NCBI GenBank assembly: GCA_013239625.1
Contig: MU055549.1
Span: 868,001 to 932,000, forward strand
Direction of reading: 5' to 3'
Length of the DNA stretch: 64,000 nucleotides
From: Lama guanicoe
Taxonomy: Eukaryota
Shown: piece by piece, positions 35,701-47,922 of the stretch
Layout: each line of letters begins with the position of its first letter
Position numbering within the stretch: the stretch's first letter is position 1
Translations under genes and position numbers: made by a program
The notes under the pieces: generated by a model
Seen by the model: only the letters and a program-made list of their open reading frames with translations
Database searches by the model: none
Told to the model about the DNA's origin: nothing

Positions 35701-36839
35701 CCTTGAAGTGGCTGGAGCTTCTGCAGGCTCCTTGGCTGTGACTTCTTGAGATCTTTGCTCACTTGGAATAAGGGGCCATGTTTTCATTTGGCATCCTGGC
35801 CTGCAGGCTCTTTGGGGGACACTCCGACCTTTGAGAAGGGCCAGGAGCCCCCCAGAATGCACCACAGAGGACAGAGGAAGAAGGGGGCTTCTTGGGGGCA
35901 GTTCAGGCGGAGGAACTGCAGCGCCTGGGCCCGAGGTGGGAGGGATGGGCTTCGGTGTCCAGGGCGGGATGCTCAGCAGCCAGGCCTCCTTTGGCCAAGT
36001 CCCCAGCTCTTTCGGGGCCCTGAGAAGAGAGCACCCTCCCCCCCGGAGGAGGGGCTCTGTCCCAGCCTAATAATAACTCCGGCGCGCTGGCCCAGCTACC
36101 AGGCTATTTTTAGAGTCCCTGACCCAGCCCACGTGACTCAGCCCGTGCTGGGACAAGAATGTCACAGGATGGCTGAAGGCCATGATGCTCTAGGGACCGA
36201 GCGTGGGCAGGCCAGGCCCGGGGCACAGGAGGGCCGGCCAGCGGAACCCTCCTTCCTGCCTCGCGCCCTAAGCCATGGGTGCCCTGGGCGCCTCCAGCCC
36301 TCAGCCCCACCGGCCTGCGGCTCCCTCCCTGCGGCGCCCGGCTCCTCCCCCAGGCCAAGCATGGAAAATCTGATGTCAGAATTCCAGCCTCAGCAAAGAA
36401 TGTGGCCCGACCTTCACCTCCTGGGGAGCCAAGCCCGAGGCCCAAGGGGGCTGGGCCGGGTCTCCCCCTCCCTGCAGGCGTCCGGGCCATGGGGGCCACC
36501 TTTCCTTCTCTCCACCCTGGCCCCCACCGTGGCCCTGGCCTCACTGGTTCTGGCGCCCTCACCCTGGCACTGGGCACCTGAAGGTGCCTCCCGGAGTATC
36601 CCTGGCCATCCTGCCCCCAGCAGCCCAGTTCCTCCGTGTGGCCACCGGCTGGCCATTTGTCACTGGAAGGGTTTCTGGAGCAGCTCTCTAGGGCAGGGTG
36701 GAGCTGGGGAGGCGGACTCCTGTTCCAGCTCGCATCACCGGACCGCCTGGCTGCACAGAGGCCCTGGTCCCATCCACTCCTCCAGGAGGTGTGTGCAGGG
36801 TGGGGGAGGGCGGAGTCAGCACGGGAGCTGCGTACATCC

Positions 36840-36970
36840 GTGTGTGTGCACGTGTCTTGCTGGGTGTGGTGTGAATGCAGGCATGTGCCAGTGTGCACAC
36901 TCTGCTGTGCCTGCATGTGTGATGCACATGTGTTCCTGCTCATGCGAGTGTGTGTACACACTCCTGTGTA
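36840..36970. repeat. Degenerate (TG)n low-complexity tract
   Basis: gtgtgtgtgcacgtgt...gcatgtgtgatgcacatgtg...gtgtgtgtacac. Confidence 0.75.
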
Positions 36971-38329
36971 GGTAGGAGCAGGCTGCCATTTCTTCAGCAT
37001 CCTCTGGCCCCATGGAAACAGCCTGCAGGATGTCCCCTCTCGCTGTCACACCCCCCGGCAGGAGGGCTGGATAGGCCCAGCTGTCTGAGGCCCCTGGGCT
37101 GAGAGGGGATGAGGATGACACTCTCATCTGGGGGCCCAGGCAGAGGCCCTGTGGGGACACCGGGCTCGGCAGCGGGGTGGGGCGTGGGGGAGACTTTGCA
37201 GTGGGCAGAGACTGAACTGGTGGGCACCTGCAGGTGGACTCAGTGAGCCAGGCTGACAGCCCAGAACCCTGGTTGGGAAAAGCGGTTCTCACAAGGCCTG
37301 GCCCCAACTTTCCTGGCAGCTCCTTGCGGTTTGGCCGGCCATCACCTCGGCAAACACGAGAAGCAGGTGCCAGGAAAGGGAAGCGGCCAGAGCGCCCTGC
37401 CTCCCGGGCTCTGGGAGGCCGCTTGCGCCCCAGTCGCCTCACGCCCAGCACAAGGTGCCGCCCCGGGGGCCTTCCGGCTGCAGGCGCACCCCGTCCTGCG
37501 TTTCCCAGGACGCGGCATCAGGAGACGCAGTGCACTGGTCTTGGCTTTGGACTCATGGCCCCTGCCTTGTCCACTGGTTGTTTTCTCTGCTTCGAGTGTT
37601 AGGACGCTGTTATTCAGCGAAGAAATTACTTCCTAAAGATGGATAGTGACATAAGATTATGCCTTGTTGATTCTGCATCCTTTTTTTTTTAAATTCCTGT
37701 CTGTCTTGCATGAGGTAAGAGAAAATAAAAAGACTTATAAGAGCCATTTTCTAGAATGAAAGCGTTATGTTGTTTTTCATTAACTGCAAAACCACCTTTC
37801 ATTTAGTGTCTGGCTGCCTGCGCCTGTCCTGGACTACCTCTTAAACTTCCCGCCAAGACAGAGAGAAACAAAACCCCATAACGCCTGGGACAGCCAGGGG
37901 TCACACTGCTCTGAGAATCTGGCCGGACTTTGTGCTGCCGTGAGACGGGCAGACGTCCTGGAAAGCGGGGAGTGCGGCTGGCACTGCTGCCTGGAGGGAG
38001 CCGCACCCAGGGAGATGGGCGGCCGTGCGCGCAGGCTCCGGGTCAGGACCCCGGCCTGCGCCAGCCTGGCCGTGAGGGTTGCTTTCTGTGGCTTACATGG
38101 AGACCTCAGCCACTAGGAATTAAAGCCAGTCCTCCGAAATAGCTATTGGGTCAGCGAGGCCAGAAGACCGCAGCCCCGGGGCACGTGGGACACAATGAAC
38201 TTGAAACACTGCTGGTCACTGTCCTGGGATGTGCCAGCCACTCTCCCTGGAGATGGACTGACGGACCTAAATGCTGTCACTGCAAATAGGACTGAAGAGC
38301 TAGAATTAGCCAAGTGCAGCAGTTAAAAA

Positions 38330-39245
38330 GGACAACACAAAACCACCTTGGGGGAAAAACAGATCACCTCACAAGAAAAAAACTAAGAAACTAGAGACAC
38401 AATCAAAAATGATCCATAGCTCCAAATGCTGGTCTATGGGAAACACAGCAACAGATAAGGAAGTCCATGGCAATCAGGGTTTGGAAAAGGGACGAAAATA
38501 GAAATGCGCACAGTGACAGCAGCAGCAGACACGCAGGTGAGACACGGAGGTCCCAGTTTAATTGGGACTGTATAAAAATGTGTAAAGATGTGAAAAGTAA
38601 ACACTGTACAAAAATGTAAAATTTAAAAACTGGATAAAAATATAAATTAACAAAATGGCGTCAAGAAGCACAAGAAAGAATAGGCAGGCGATGACTGTGG
38701 AAGATTCTTTTATCGTGGGTGTGTACACCTGTCAGGGTTCATCAGGTTGTACATCTGAAATATGTGTAGTTTGCTGTACAGGAGTCAGTCCACAATAAAG
38801 GTGTTTTTAAAAAAAAAGATTTCTAAACCTGTTCTCCAGATTCCCTGAGTAATCATTTCAAACATTTGCAGAACAAGAAATTCCCAAGGTGTATCAACTT
38901 TTCTGACAGAAGGACTGGATACCTCCTAATTCAGGTTATGGTGATAGCATAACCTTGATCAGGCAGTCGAAACTGATTCAAAAAATAAACTTACAGAGCA
39001 CCCAGGTGTGAAAATCATAAATGGAGGGCAGCCAATCCAATTCAAGAAGATATGAAAAAGGAATAACCTGGGGTGTCCAAGTAGGGCTTACCCCAGGAAT
39101 GCGGGTATAGTTCAATTTCAAGAGATGTATGAACTCTCTGACAGCCAAAGGGCAAAGGAAAAAAACCTTTTCCTCTCAACAAATGCCAAAGAGCACTTGA
39201 CAAACTTCTAAAGCCATCCCCAGCATTCTTAACAAACTCTGAACA
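38330..39245 (+). mobile_element. Old L1 ORF2 fossil with a nested L1 3' end (~38705-38818)
   Basis: A-rich; ccaagtagggcttaccccaggaatgcggg...ttcaat and aaatgccaaagagcacttgacaaa; nested piece ttgtacatctgaaatatgtgtagttt...caataaag plus A-tail. Confidence 0.7.
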
Positions 39246-39254
39246 TAATAGTGC

Positions 39255-39647
39255 AGAATCTGGGACAACAGTTATCCTGGTGAATGCAAGACCCCAGACT
39301 CCTCTCCCATCTCCAGCCCGTCGTGAGGGCTGGCACGTGACCCAGGTGTGTCACTCAAAACGTCCAGCCAGAGATGGGCAGCTGACCCCGTGACAGGCAA
39401 TCAAAAGTAATAAGACTTTTTACAGGAATTCTGGAACGTATACCCCAGGGGACACACGGTCCGGAGCAGCTGCAGCCATCTTGTGACAAAGGAGAGAGCT
39501 GAGCTGGACCATGTGCACGCACTTAGAAACTAGCGTGGGATGCTTGATCAAGCCAGACCTGAATCTTAAAGCCGGGTGGATGAATAAATGCCCTTGAAGC
39601 TAATTTGGTTGCTTCCTGCCTTTTGTAATTAAGCGTCTACACTGATA
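39255..39647 (+). mobile_element. Old MaLR LTR (MLT1J-like) inserted into the L1
   Basis: gcagctgcagccatcttgtgac...cttgatcaagccagacctgaa...aataaatgcc...aagctaatttggtt...ctacactgata; L1-like sequence resumes after it. Confidence 0.55.
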
Positions 39648-42399
39648 AAGGCTTTAGTTGCAACAGACTATCCACTGACACCACAGTTAGCTAACATTGT
39701 TCTGAACATTCCAGCCATTTGTATTTCTACTTGATGAAGCTGTCATTTTATCCTGGAAGGACCAGCAGCTCCCTGCTCAACTCCCAGACCCCGAGGCCCA
39801 CCAAGCCCCAGCGATACACCTCGAGTATTTGCTGTGGACCACGGGCTGTGCGAGGGCTCTGGGACTGTCCCATTAACCCTACAAGGTGGCGCACACCACA
39901 TCCCCCATGGACTGAGGAGTGCCGGGGTTAGGGACACAAGCGGCTGGCCCGAGGTCACACGTGGGTGCCACTCGGCCCAGCAAGGCTCTGGGTGGTTTCT
40001 GTCCAAGGGTTTCCCGCATGAGAACACCTGGAGACACAGGACAGGGCCCACCCAGTCTCAGGCTCAAGGTGAGGGTGTGGCCCAAAGGTCAGGGCATCAG
40101 GTCACCTGAGCTGCGGGTTGGTGCCTCCCCGTCCTGGGAGGGAGCGGGCTGGGCTGACGGGAGCCGGTGGGGGGGTGGGGGGCGAGGTCCTGTGCTTGCT
40201 TAGGGGACCCCAACCTCCACCTTTGGAACACTCACCACATTTCACCACCTCGCCCAGCTGCTGAAGGAATCCCTTCAACGTGGACGTTCTGCCCCGAGCC
40301 GCCTGCAGGGCCAGCTCCTGGGGGACGGATCAGCTCCCAGGCCCCAGGTCCCCGCTCCGCAGCTGGAACCTCTCACTCCTCGCCGCACTGACGTCAGAGC
40401 CGGAAGTGCTCCCTTTCCGGATGACGACGGGTCTCATCCTGGGTCCTAGGGGTCAGGCCTGAGTGGAGGCCCCATCTCCGCCCGACCCCAGAGTCCGACA
40501 CGTCCCAGGCTGCACACCCGACTTGCAGACGTGTGGGGGCTGAGCTGACCCTCGGGCAGCGGCAGGGCTGCGGGGGGCTCCGTGGGTGGCCCTGGCCCAG
40601 CCGGTGGGCTTGTCTCCTGCGCCCTGCCCACCTCTGCCTCCTTCCCTCCGCCTCCCCCCCGCCCCGTTCTGGAAACCTCCCGCCTCTGCCTGGCTCTTGG
40701 CATTACACGCTCTCCCTCCTCCTCCCCCACCCTCTGTCCCGCAGGGACCCCGCGTCTAGCAGTGGCCCTCCTGCCCGCTGCACATTCCTGGCTTCCTGCC
40801 CCTGAGGGTGAAGTATGTACAGACCAGGACTCTCTTGGCGACTCCAGGTGAAGGGTCAGCTCCATGGATTTGAAATGTGTTGGCTGAACCCCTGTTGGCC
40901 AAGGAGGGTCTGGAGACCTAAAGGACCCAGGGCTCAGCGAGCCTGCTGATCTCTGGGTGGCAGGGCCAGTTCCCAGGGGCTGCAGCTGGCGTGTTGGACT
41001 GTCCATGCCGCTGGGGCCCACGGACTTCCCCCAGTGCCCCAGGGCCGGTGGCTCTGTGGGCAGACAGTGAGCAGCCCTGCTGAGCTGGACTGACTGTCTA
41101 AGCGGTCAGTCAGGGCTGAGAACACGGCTCAGAGGAGGGTATGGGGGTCCCAGACCCTGGGGCCTCCCTCACCTGTTCATCCAGTGGCGAAAGCTCTTTC
41201 CCTGCCTGACCTGGCCAGACTCCGTGGCCAGTGCAGCAGGTCTGGGCTCCTCTGGGCTCTGCGTGGGTCTTGCCGGGCCTCCAGCTCAGCAGAGCCCTGT
41301 GGAGAAGGCAGGAGCTGCCCCCCCCACCGTACAGAGCAGCAACTGCTGGATTTCCTTCTCCCCAGAAGATGCACCCAGGACACCCCAGTTGACCCCGTGT
41401 TTGCTCCGCAGCTCACTCCTCAGGCTCGAAGTCACAAACGTGGGGAGTGCTTGGGTTTCGGGAAGGCTTTTGTCTCCTGCCGACACCTGTGTGGAGCAGC
41501 GGCTCCGTCAGGAACACGACCACTCCCTGTGCCCCGGGAGGGCCCGTCTGTCCAGATGCTTGCTGTCCCGGAGTCAGGGGCAGCAGGGGCCTCGCTCCGC
41601 TGCATGTGGACTTGGGATGTTGCTGACTATCTTGCGTACTTTGGAGGGTTTTCTGCCTGGTTTGGGTAGTAAACTGTAAACTCAAATCAGCCAGGACCTG
41701 GCAGGTGGAGAGCCAGCTGGCCGGGTCCTGACCTCTCGGCCTGGGGTCGGCCTCCCCTGGGACCGCCCAGGGCTGGCGGGCAGGAAACCGGGCTGGTCTC
41801 TGCGGTGTCAGCTCCTAGCAGGTGCACGAGATTGGTCCCTAGGGTGCTGGGCCCAGAGCTGGCACCTGAAAATCTAGTCCCTAACGAGGCCTGAGCTGTG
41901 GGCCATCTGCAGCGACTGTGTGATGCCCAGAACCTGCCCTCCAGCCCTCCTGGGCAGGCTCGGCCGCTGGGCCTGCGAGGCTGCCTACTGCTCGCAAGGC
42001 CTGGGTGCTCCTGGCGTGGCCGGGAACGTGCGCACCTGGGTTGGTCTGTGGTGGTTTCAGGCGTCTCAAGGACGAGGGCCCTTTGTGGACATTCTGATGC
42101 CTGGGCCCCCCCCCAGAGGGCCTGGGGTGTGGCCTGGACTCAGGACTTTTAAATCTCCTCAGAGGATCCCCCTCTCTGACCGAGACCGAGGGCTGTACTG
42201 GGGCCCCTGACAGTTTACGAGGTGCTGGAGGAGCCCCACACGTTCCCACTCACAGTCCAGGGCACTGGGGCTGCGGAGGCCAGCCGCTGCCTGGCGCTGA
42301 GACGGGGGCGCAGCTGAGCAGGCCCTCTCACGGCGGCCCCTCGGGCCCCCCTGGCCTTCCCCACATCACTTCCAGTCCCACTTCGGCCAACTCAGTTCC

Positions 42400-42546
42400 C
42401 CAGCGTCGACGCACGCTTAGCACACACAGCTCCTGGGTTCAAGCCCCGGTGCCTCCTCTAAAAACACATAAACAAGTAAACCTGACCACTCTTCCAAATA
42501 AAATGAAGTAAATTTTAAAATTAAAAATTAAAAAAAAGAAAAGAAA
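42400..42546 (+). mobile_element. Vic-1-like SINE with A-rich tail
   Basis: gcacgcttagcacacac...tcctgggttcaagccccggtgcctcctctaaaaa; B box at 42436-42445; AT/A tail. Confidence 0.75.
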
Positions 42547-45203
42547 CGAGGTCCAGCCCGGGTGCTGCCCTGGGGCAGGTCCAGTGCCTCCGTTTCAAGG
42601 CGTCCTGGGTGCTGACCTGGAGTGAGCGTGAGACTGAAGGGTCCACGGGTCCGGGTGCGTCTCCAGGAGAGGCGGGGGCCGCCACCCCCTGTGATGCGGG
42701 GGCCACGGGCTTCTGGGGGGTGCGTCGGGGCGGGGAAAGGAGCGTGACCCCCGGCAGGTAGGCCCAGTGGAGGTGTGGCCGGCAGGTGTGTGGGTTCAGG
42801 GGGGTGGCCCTTGGTGGAGAGGGGGTCCGAGCAGGGTCAGGGCCTGCGGTGGCCGAGGGGGCCTTCAGAGGCCTCCCTGGGCGCACAGAGCAGGGCCCCT
42901 GCGCCTCCCAGAGACACCTGCCCGACAGCAGGAGACTGGAGCCGGAGGGGCCCAACCGGTGCCCTCTTTCTGAGGATTTCCTCCGAGCCTTCGCTCCTCT
43001 GCCCTGCGTCCGAGGGCCTCCTCGGGGATGCCTTTTAATATTCTTGCCAAATTGAAATGTGAGCCACCTACTTACAACCAGGACATCCCGCCCTGGGACG
43101 CACTGCCTGGGTCTGCAGAGGGACGGCTCCCTGCCCCCACACCCTTCCCGGCTTTAGGACGGGCTGGCGACCCTGCGGCCACAGTGAGCCCCAGGTCAGA
43201 GGGCAGGCTGAGTGCCTGCGACAGCTCCTCTCCCAGGTGTGAACTGTGGGCGGCTGGTGCAGGGCCCCTCCATCCTGACCTGTCCCGTCCTACTGGCCGG
43301 GAAGGCCCTGGGAGAGCCGCCCTTCAACAGAGATCCAGGAGCGGGGGGCCTAGGAGAGGCGGGAGGCTTGGGAGAAGACAGGGCCAGGCCGCCTTTGTAT
43401 AGAGACCCCGGAGCCCAGCTCCGGTTTGAGGGGCTCTCTCCCGGCTCTCCTTGTCTCTCCTGCTCCCTTTTCCTGGACACCAGCCCTTCCATGGTCTGGC
43501 GGGGTCTCTGGGCTGGGGGCTTCCTGGGGCCAGTCCTACCAGGTATGAGCTCACTGAGGCCAGCCCCTCCTGGCCCGGGTGATGACAGTCTCAGAGGCCG
43601 GGCTCCCTGGGGAGGCAGTGGCAGGGTCTCTGGGCACGTCCCAGGGCACTGTGGGACCACACGTCCCAGGGCACTGCAGGACCGCACAGGCCTAACTGCT
43701 TTCAGGAGGAAACTCTAGGAAATGCTGGGGGTGGCAGGCTGGACGTGACCCTGGGGCCGCCCACTAGGCCCCCAGCTCCTCCCACTACGTTCGCCAGCCT
43801 GAGCACGTCGGGTCACCCTGTATTTGGGGGGCCAAACCCTGGAAAAGTTTTTTTTTAACCACGATTCAGAGAATGTCTACCAAGAACAAGCTCCCACAGT
43901 CTCTGAAAACGAGACGATGCCCAGAAGGGGCACAGCCCAGCGCCCTCACTGTCCACCAGCAGGGACGGAACAGCCTGGCACCCAGAGGACGCTCTGGGGA
44001 CTCCTGCTCTGAGGGAGGGGAGCAGCCTGGGAAGGGGTCCTGCAGGGAGCTCTGGGCTGTGAGGGCCTGTTGGGGTCACCGAGTCCCTGTGCCTTGCACT
44101 GACTGGTCAGTGGGTACGGGCCTGTCCCTGGACTCTGGGCCGCACACCTCTCCAGAAATGTCTGCTGAGCAGAGTGGCTGTTTCTGGGCTGGAGCTGCAG
44201 TTACATACGGGTCAGCTCTGGCCTGTCCCTCTCTCTGGGACCTCCCCCCAGTGCCCTCTGGCCTGAGCGGTGCCCGGGGCTCGGCTCTGCCAACATGAGG
44301 AACATGCCTTCTGTCCCCAGACCTGGGCCCACCTTCCCGGGGTGATGGTGTGCAGGAGCAGCTGGAGCCCACAGTGGGGCTGGGCCAGGGAAGGGATGTT
44401 CTCCGAGGTCACAGCAGGGACCCCGTTGGCGGCTGGCAGGGTCCTGCAGGAGCCCACTCTGGGGAGCCCGGGGTCTTGGAGCCCCTTCCCCAGAGTCCAG
44501 GCATGTGCTTCCCCCTCCCGGGGGAGCACAGACCGACCGGCAGGCCAGCGTATCTGAAAGTGCTGCTGTGGGAGAGGCTGTTTTCTGGAAACTTCCAGAA
44601 AAAGTGACATTCTTGGCAGGAAAATCAGAAGCCTCAGAATTATGATTGATGTCTTTTTTTCTTAAGAAGTGTAGGACGAACTCCTCCCCCAGCCCACCCT
44701 GCCCCCCTGCAGGCTGCGCCAGGACGCTGAGGACAAGCTCACTCTGACTGAGTCATAAAACGCTATCCGGACAGATCCTTAATAATGGGCCTTCCAAGTC
44801 ATCGTTATAAGAGATAAATCTAAAAAAAGATTTCCTTCGCCTTTGACTCATCTTGGCCTAAATATGGTGGGAAATTTCCACGACTGCTTATGCCTGACAC
44901 ACCAAGTGTCCGCGGAGTCACACACCGACGGGGAGGGCAGGGCAGCCGCCTTCCCGGGACCAGAGTCCGTGGGTGCGTCCGTGTGTTTGTAGCTGCTCCC
45001 TCCAGGCCGAGGTCAGGCTGGAGCGACGTGGCCCTCTGTGGCCGGGGAGGCCAGTGAGGACGCAGACGTGTGCAGAGCAGCCTCCCTGCGCCCGTGCGCC
45101 AAGACTCGGTCCTGGAGGGGACCCTGCCCTCGCCGTGCCTGCCTTTAGAAACAGCTGCTGAGAAAACGCTTTTTGTTGGGATAGTATCTCTTTTAAAAAA
45201 GAA

Positions 45204-45430
45204 AAACAGCTTTCATGAGATACAGTTCACACACCACACACCACCTTTTTGAAGCGTACAATTCAGTGATTTTGGGTGTGTTCACAAATGAGTGTAACCA
45301 TCACCACAGTCAATTTTAGAACATTTCCGTTACCCACAAAAGAAAACTGTATCCCTTAGCAATCACTCCATCTCTGCGCCCCCGGCTCCGGACACCCCCT
45401 AGGACTGGAGACAGTCTCTGGCTTCGTCTC
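45204..45430 (-). mobile_element. L1MB-like 3' end
   Basis: aacagctttcatgagatacagttcacac...tacaattcagtgatttt...caattttagaacattt. Confidence 0.8.
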
Positions 45431-46013
45431 TGAATGTGGCTGCTCCTCCTGTACCCAGAGGACGTCTGTGCAGTGGGCCTTTGTTTGAGCTCTGAGAATA
45501 AGGTCTAAATGGGAACAGTTACAGAAGACCTCTTCCCTTTCCCGGTTCAGAGCCCTGGGGTTCCCAGGGGTTCCCAGGCCCCAGAGAGGCCGGGACTCTG
45601 CCTGCAGCCCGGGACGCCCTCGCACCCCTGGACGCTGGCTTCTTGGTCCCACCTGCTAACTGACGCACCTCTGGGAGAGGACACCCCCTCCCTGACAATC
45701 AAGGCCACACCCAAGCTGTCTCCCTGCACGCCCACTGAGCTCTGTCCATCCCTCCCACGGCCCCCCACCCGGGCTCTGCTCCGCTGGACGACGGGCGAGC
45801 TCAGAAGCCGTGTCCATACAACCCAAAACACTAGAGTCAAAATGCAACGGGAGGACACTTTAGACGCTCTGAGCTGTGAGGTCCAAAAAGACGCAGAAGA
45901 AGATGTTTTCTGTATGGAGTTGTTTGAGTCAAGTGGGAGACATTTAAATATCTTAATGGCCAAAGAGATGCAAAGTCAGCTTCAGTCCTGATAGGCCGGC
46001 ATCACCAGCACTC

Positions 46014-46040
46014 GGATGGACGGACGGACGGACGGACGGA
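46014..46040. repeat. (GGAC)n microsatellite
   Basis: ggatggacggacggacggacggacgga. Confidence 0.9.
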
Positions 46041-46579
46041 GGCCGGGAGGCTCCGGGAAGCTGCTGCGCTCCGGCCGACTGCGGACAGAAGCCCGCTGAG
46101 AGCAGACGCGCCCTCAGGGCAGCAAACCCCGAGCAGCGACGCATGCTGGGGGTTCTGTGCGCGTTTGGTGTTTTATTTCTTGGCAGCACTGCAGAGAGTT
46201 TGGGAGCCCAGTTTAAACAGGGTAATTGGGCCGTCGGTTCTGACCCGCACTATCAGTACGTCACTCATAAACTGCCGTGCGGTTCTGGGTGTTTACAAAA
46301 CACAAAGGCCCTCATGTGTAAGTCTGTCTAGTTTGTCAGGCAGACAAATAGGGTAAAAGGTAATGGAATTTTTTGATTTTATAATATCAGTTTTTAAATG
46401 TTTAAAGAAGTTTAAGCAAGTTTATAAACAGGACCAAATAATAAAGGGCCCTCTGGATGTGCTGGTGGCTGCCGGGGTGACGGACAGAACACGTGGCGCG
46501 TGCCCTGGGCTCAAGTCATACGGAAAAGCTGGTTTCCCGTTCTTATTTTAATCAACGGTGCATTCATGGTTTTCCCCAA

Positions 46580-47150
46580 TGTTTTGGGGGTAAAAAACAG
46601 GTAACGTAAAATGTGCCAGCTTAACCATTGACCCAACACCATACACAGCTCAGGGGCGTTGAGCACATTCACACTGTTGTGCAGCCGCCGCCACCACCCT
46701 CCCCAGGACTTTCTCATCTTCCCAGACTGAACCTCTGTCCCCACTAAACACCGACTCCCAGCCCCCGGGCCCCACCGTCTACTTTCCGTCTCCGTGGATT
46801 TGGCTGCTCTAGGGACCTCACGCAAGGAGAGTCATACGATACTTGTCTTTTTGTGTCTGGCGTATTTCACTCAGCATAATGTCCTCCAGCTTCATCCACG
46901 TCACAGCACGTGCCAGGATTTGTCTCTCTCTCAGGGCTGAACGATGTTCCGCGGTGTGGACCGCCCACAGGTTGCTTACCCGTCCCCTCCGTGGTGGACG
47001 CTGGGTGGTTTCCTCATTTAAGCTGCTGTGAATCAGCTGCTACGAGCACGATGTGCAGGTATCTGTTCCAGACCCTCTTTGAGCTCTTTTGGGTGTGGAC
47101 TTGCTGGATATATGGTAACCCCTATTTTTTTGAGGAACCTCCTATACTGC
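46580..47150 (-). mobile_element. L1MB-like 3' end
   Basis: acattcacactgttgtgcagcc...ttctcatcttcccagactgaacctctgtcccc...tatttcactcagcataatgtcctccagcttcatcca...tgaggaacctcc. Confidence 0.88.
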
Positions 47151-47922
47151 ACCTCAAAGGGCAGGTACTGACAGTGATGCCCTTTGGAACAGGTCCGGGT
47201 GGCCCAGGAGACAGAAAACAGAAGCCTCACATTTTTTGAATGTCCAATTCGGCCACACCCGCCAGTACCTGCACGTCCCCTCAGCTCTGGCCTCCGCCCG
47301 CTCCCACCACCACCAGAGGGCTGGACGTGCGGGCGGGGCCTCGGGTCACTGTGCTGCGTGCAGCATGGGTGCGTCTCAGACGTGCGTCCCAGCAGCTCAG
47401 CAGAGGTGCGCTCAGCCCACACTCTTGGCGCCCTGTCCGCGTGCGCCCCTCCCTGGCCCGCGCCCCTCGGCTCACACCTGCTTCCCTGGACGACCCACTT
47501 TAACCAGGCGACTGCTCATAAGCCTCTGCTCCGGGCCCTGCCTCCTGGGGATCCCCAGAAGGATGCGCTCTGGGATGCGGGCCGGTGCCAGTGGGAACTT
47601 CCACGCTTGAAATGGGCACACTCTGGTCAAGACCGGTGAGAGGGCTGATCCTCATGACAGAAACATCAGGAGGTTCGTTCCTGGGGGCTCTGCTTAATGT
47701 GGTTCTTCTTCTGTGGTTTAGCCTCAAAGGCAAAGATGACCTCAGGCTCGTGGGGATGGGGTCCTGGAATAACAGGGACGCCCCCCCCCCAGATGAGAGG
47801 GAGGGAAGGACACAGAGGGGCCAACCTGGAGACAAGGTGTGGTTGTTCAGGTCGGAGACCTGAAGGGAACCAATCACCCACGATAGACCCAGGTTCAGCC
47901 CAGAAGGGAGACAGACTCAGCC

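Noticed and set aside
35746-36975. Longest ORF in the track (409 aa, + strand) and its antisense 296-aa ORF
   Set aside because: Non-ATG start, Pro/Gly/Arg/Ser-rich composition typical of GC-rich noise, ends in a TG repeat, no recognisable domain.
38933-38955. Hairpin AGGTTATG-N7-CATAACCT
   Set aside because: An 8-bp stem inside an L1 fossil is expected by chance in 64 kb and is too short for a pre-miRNA.
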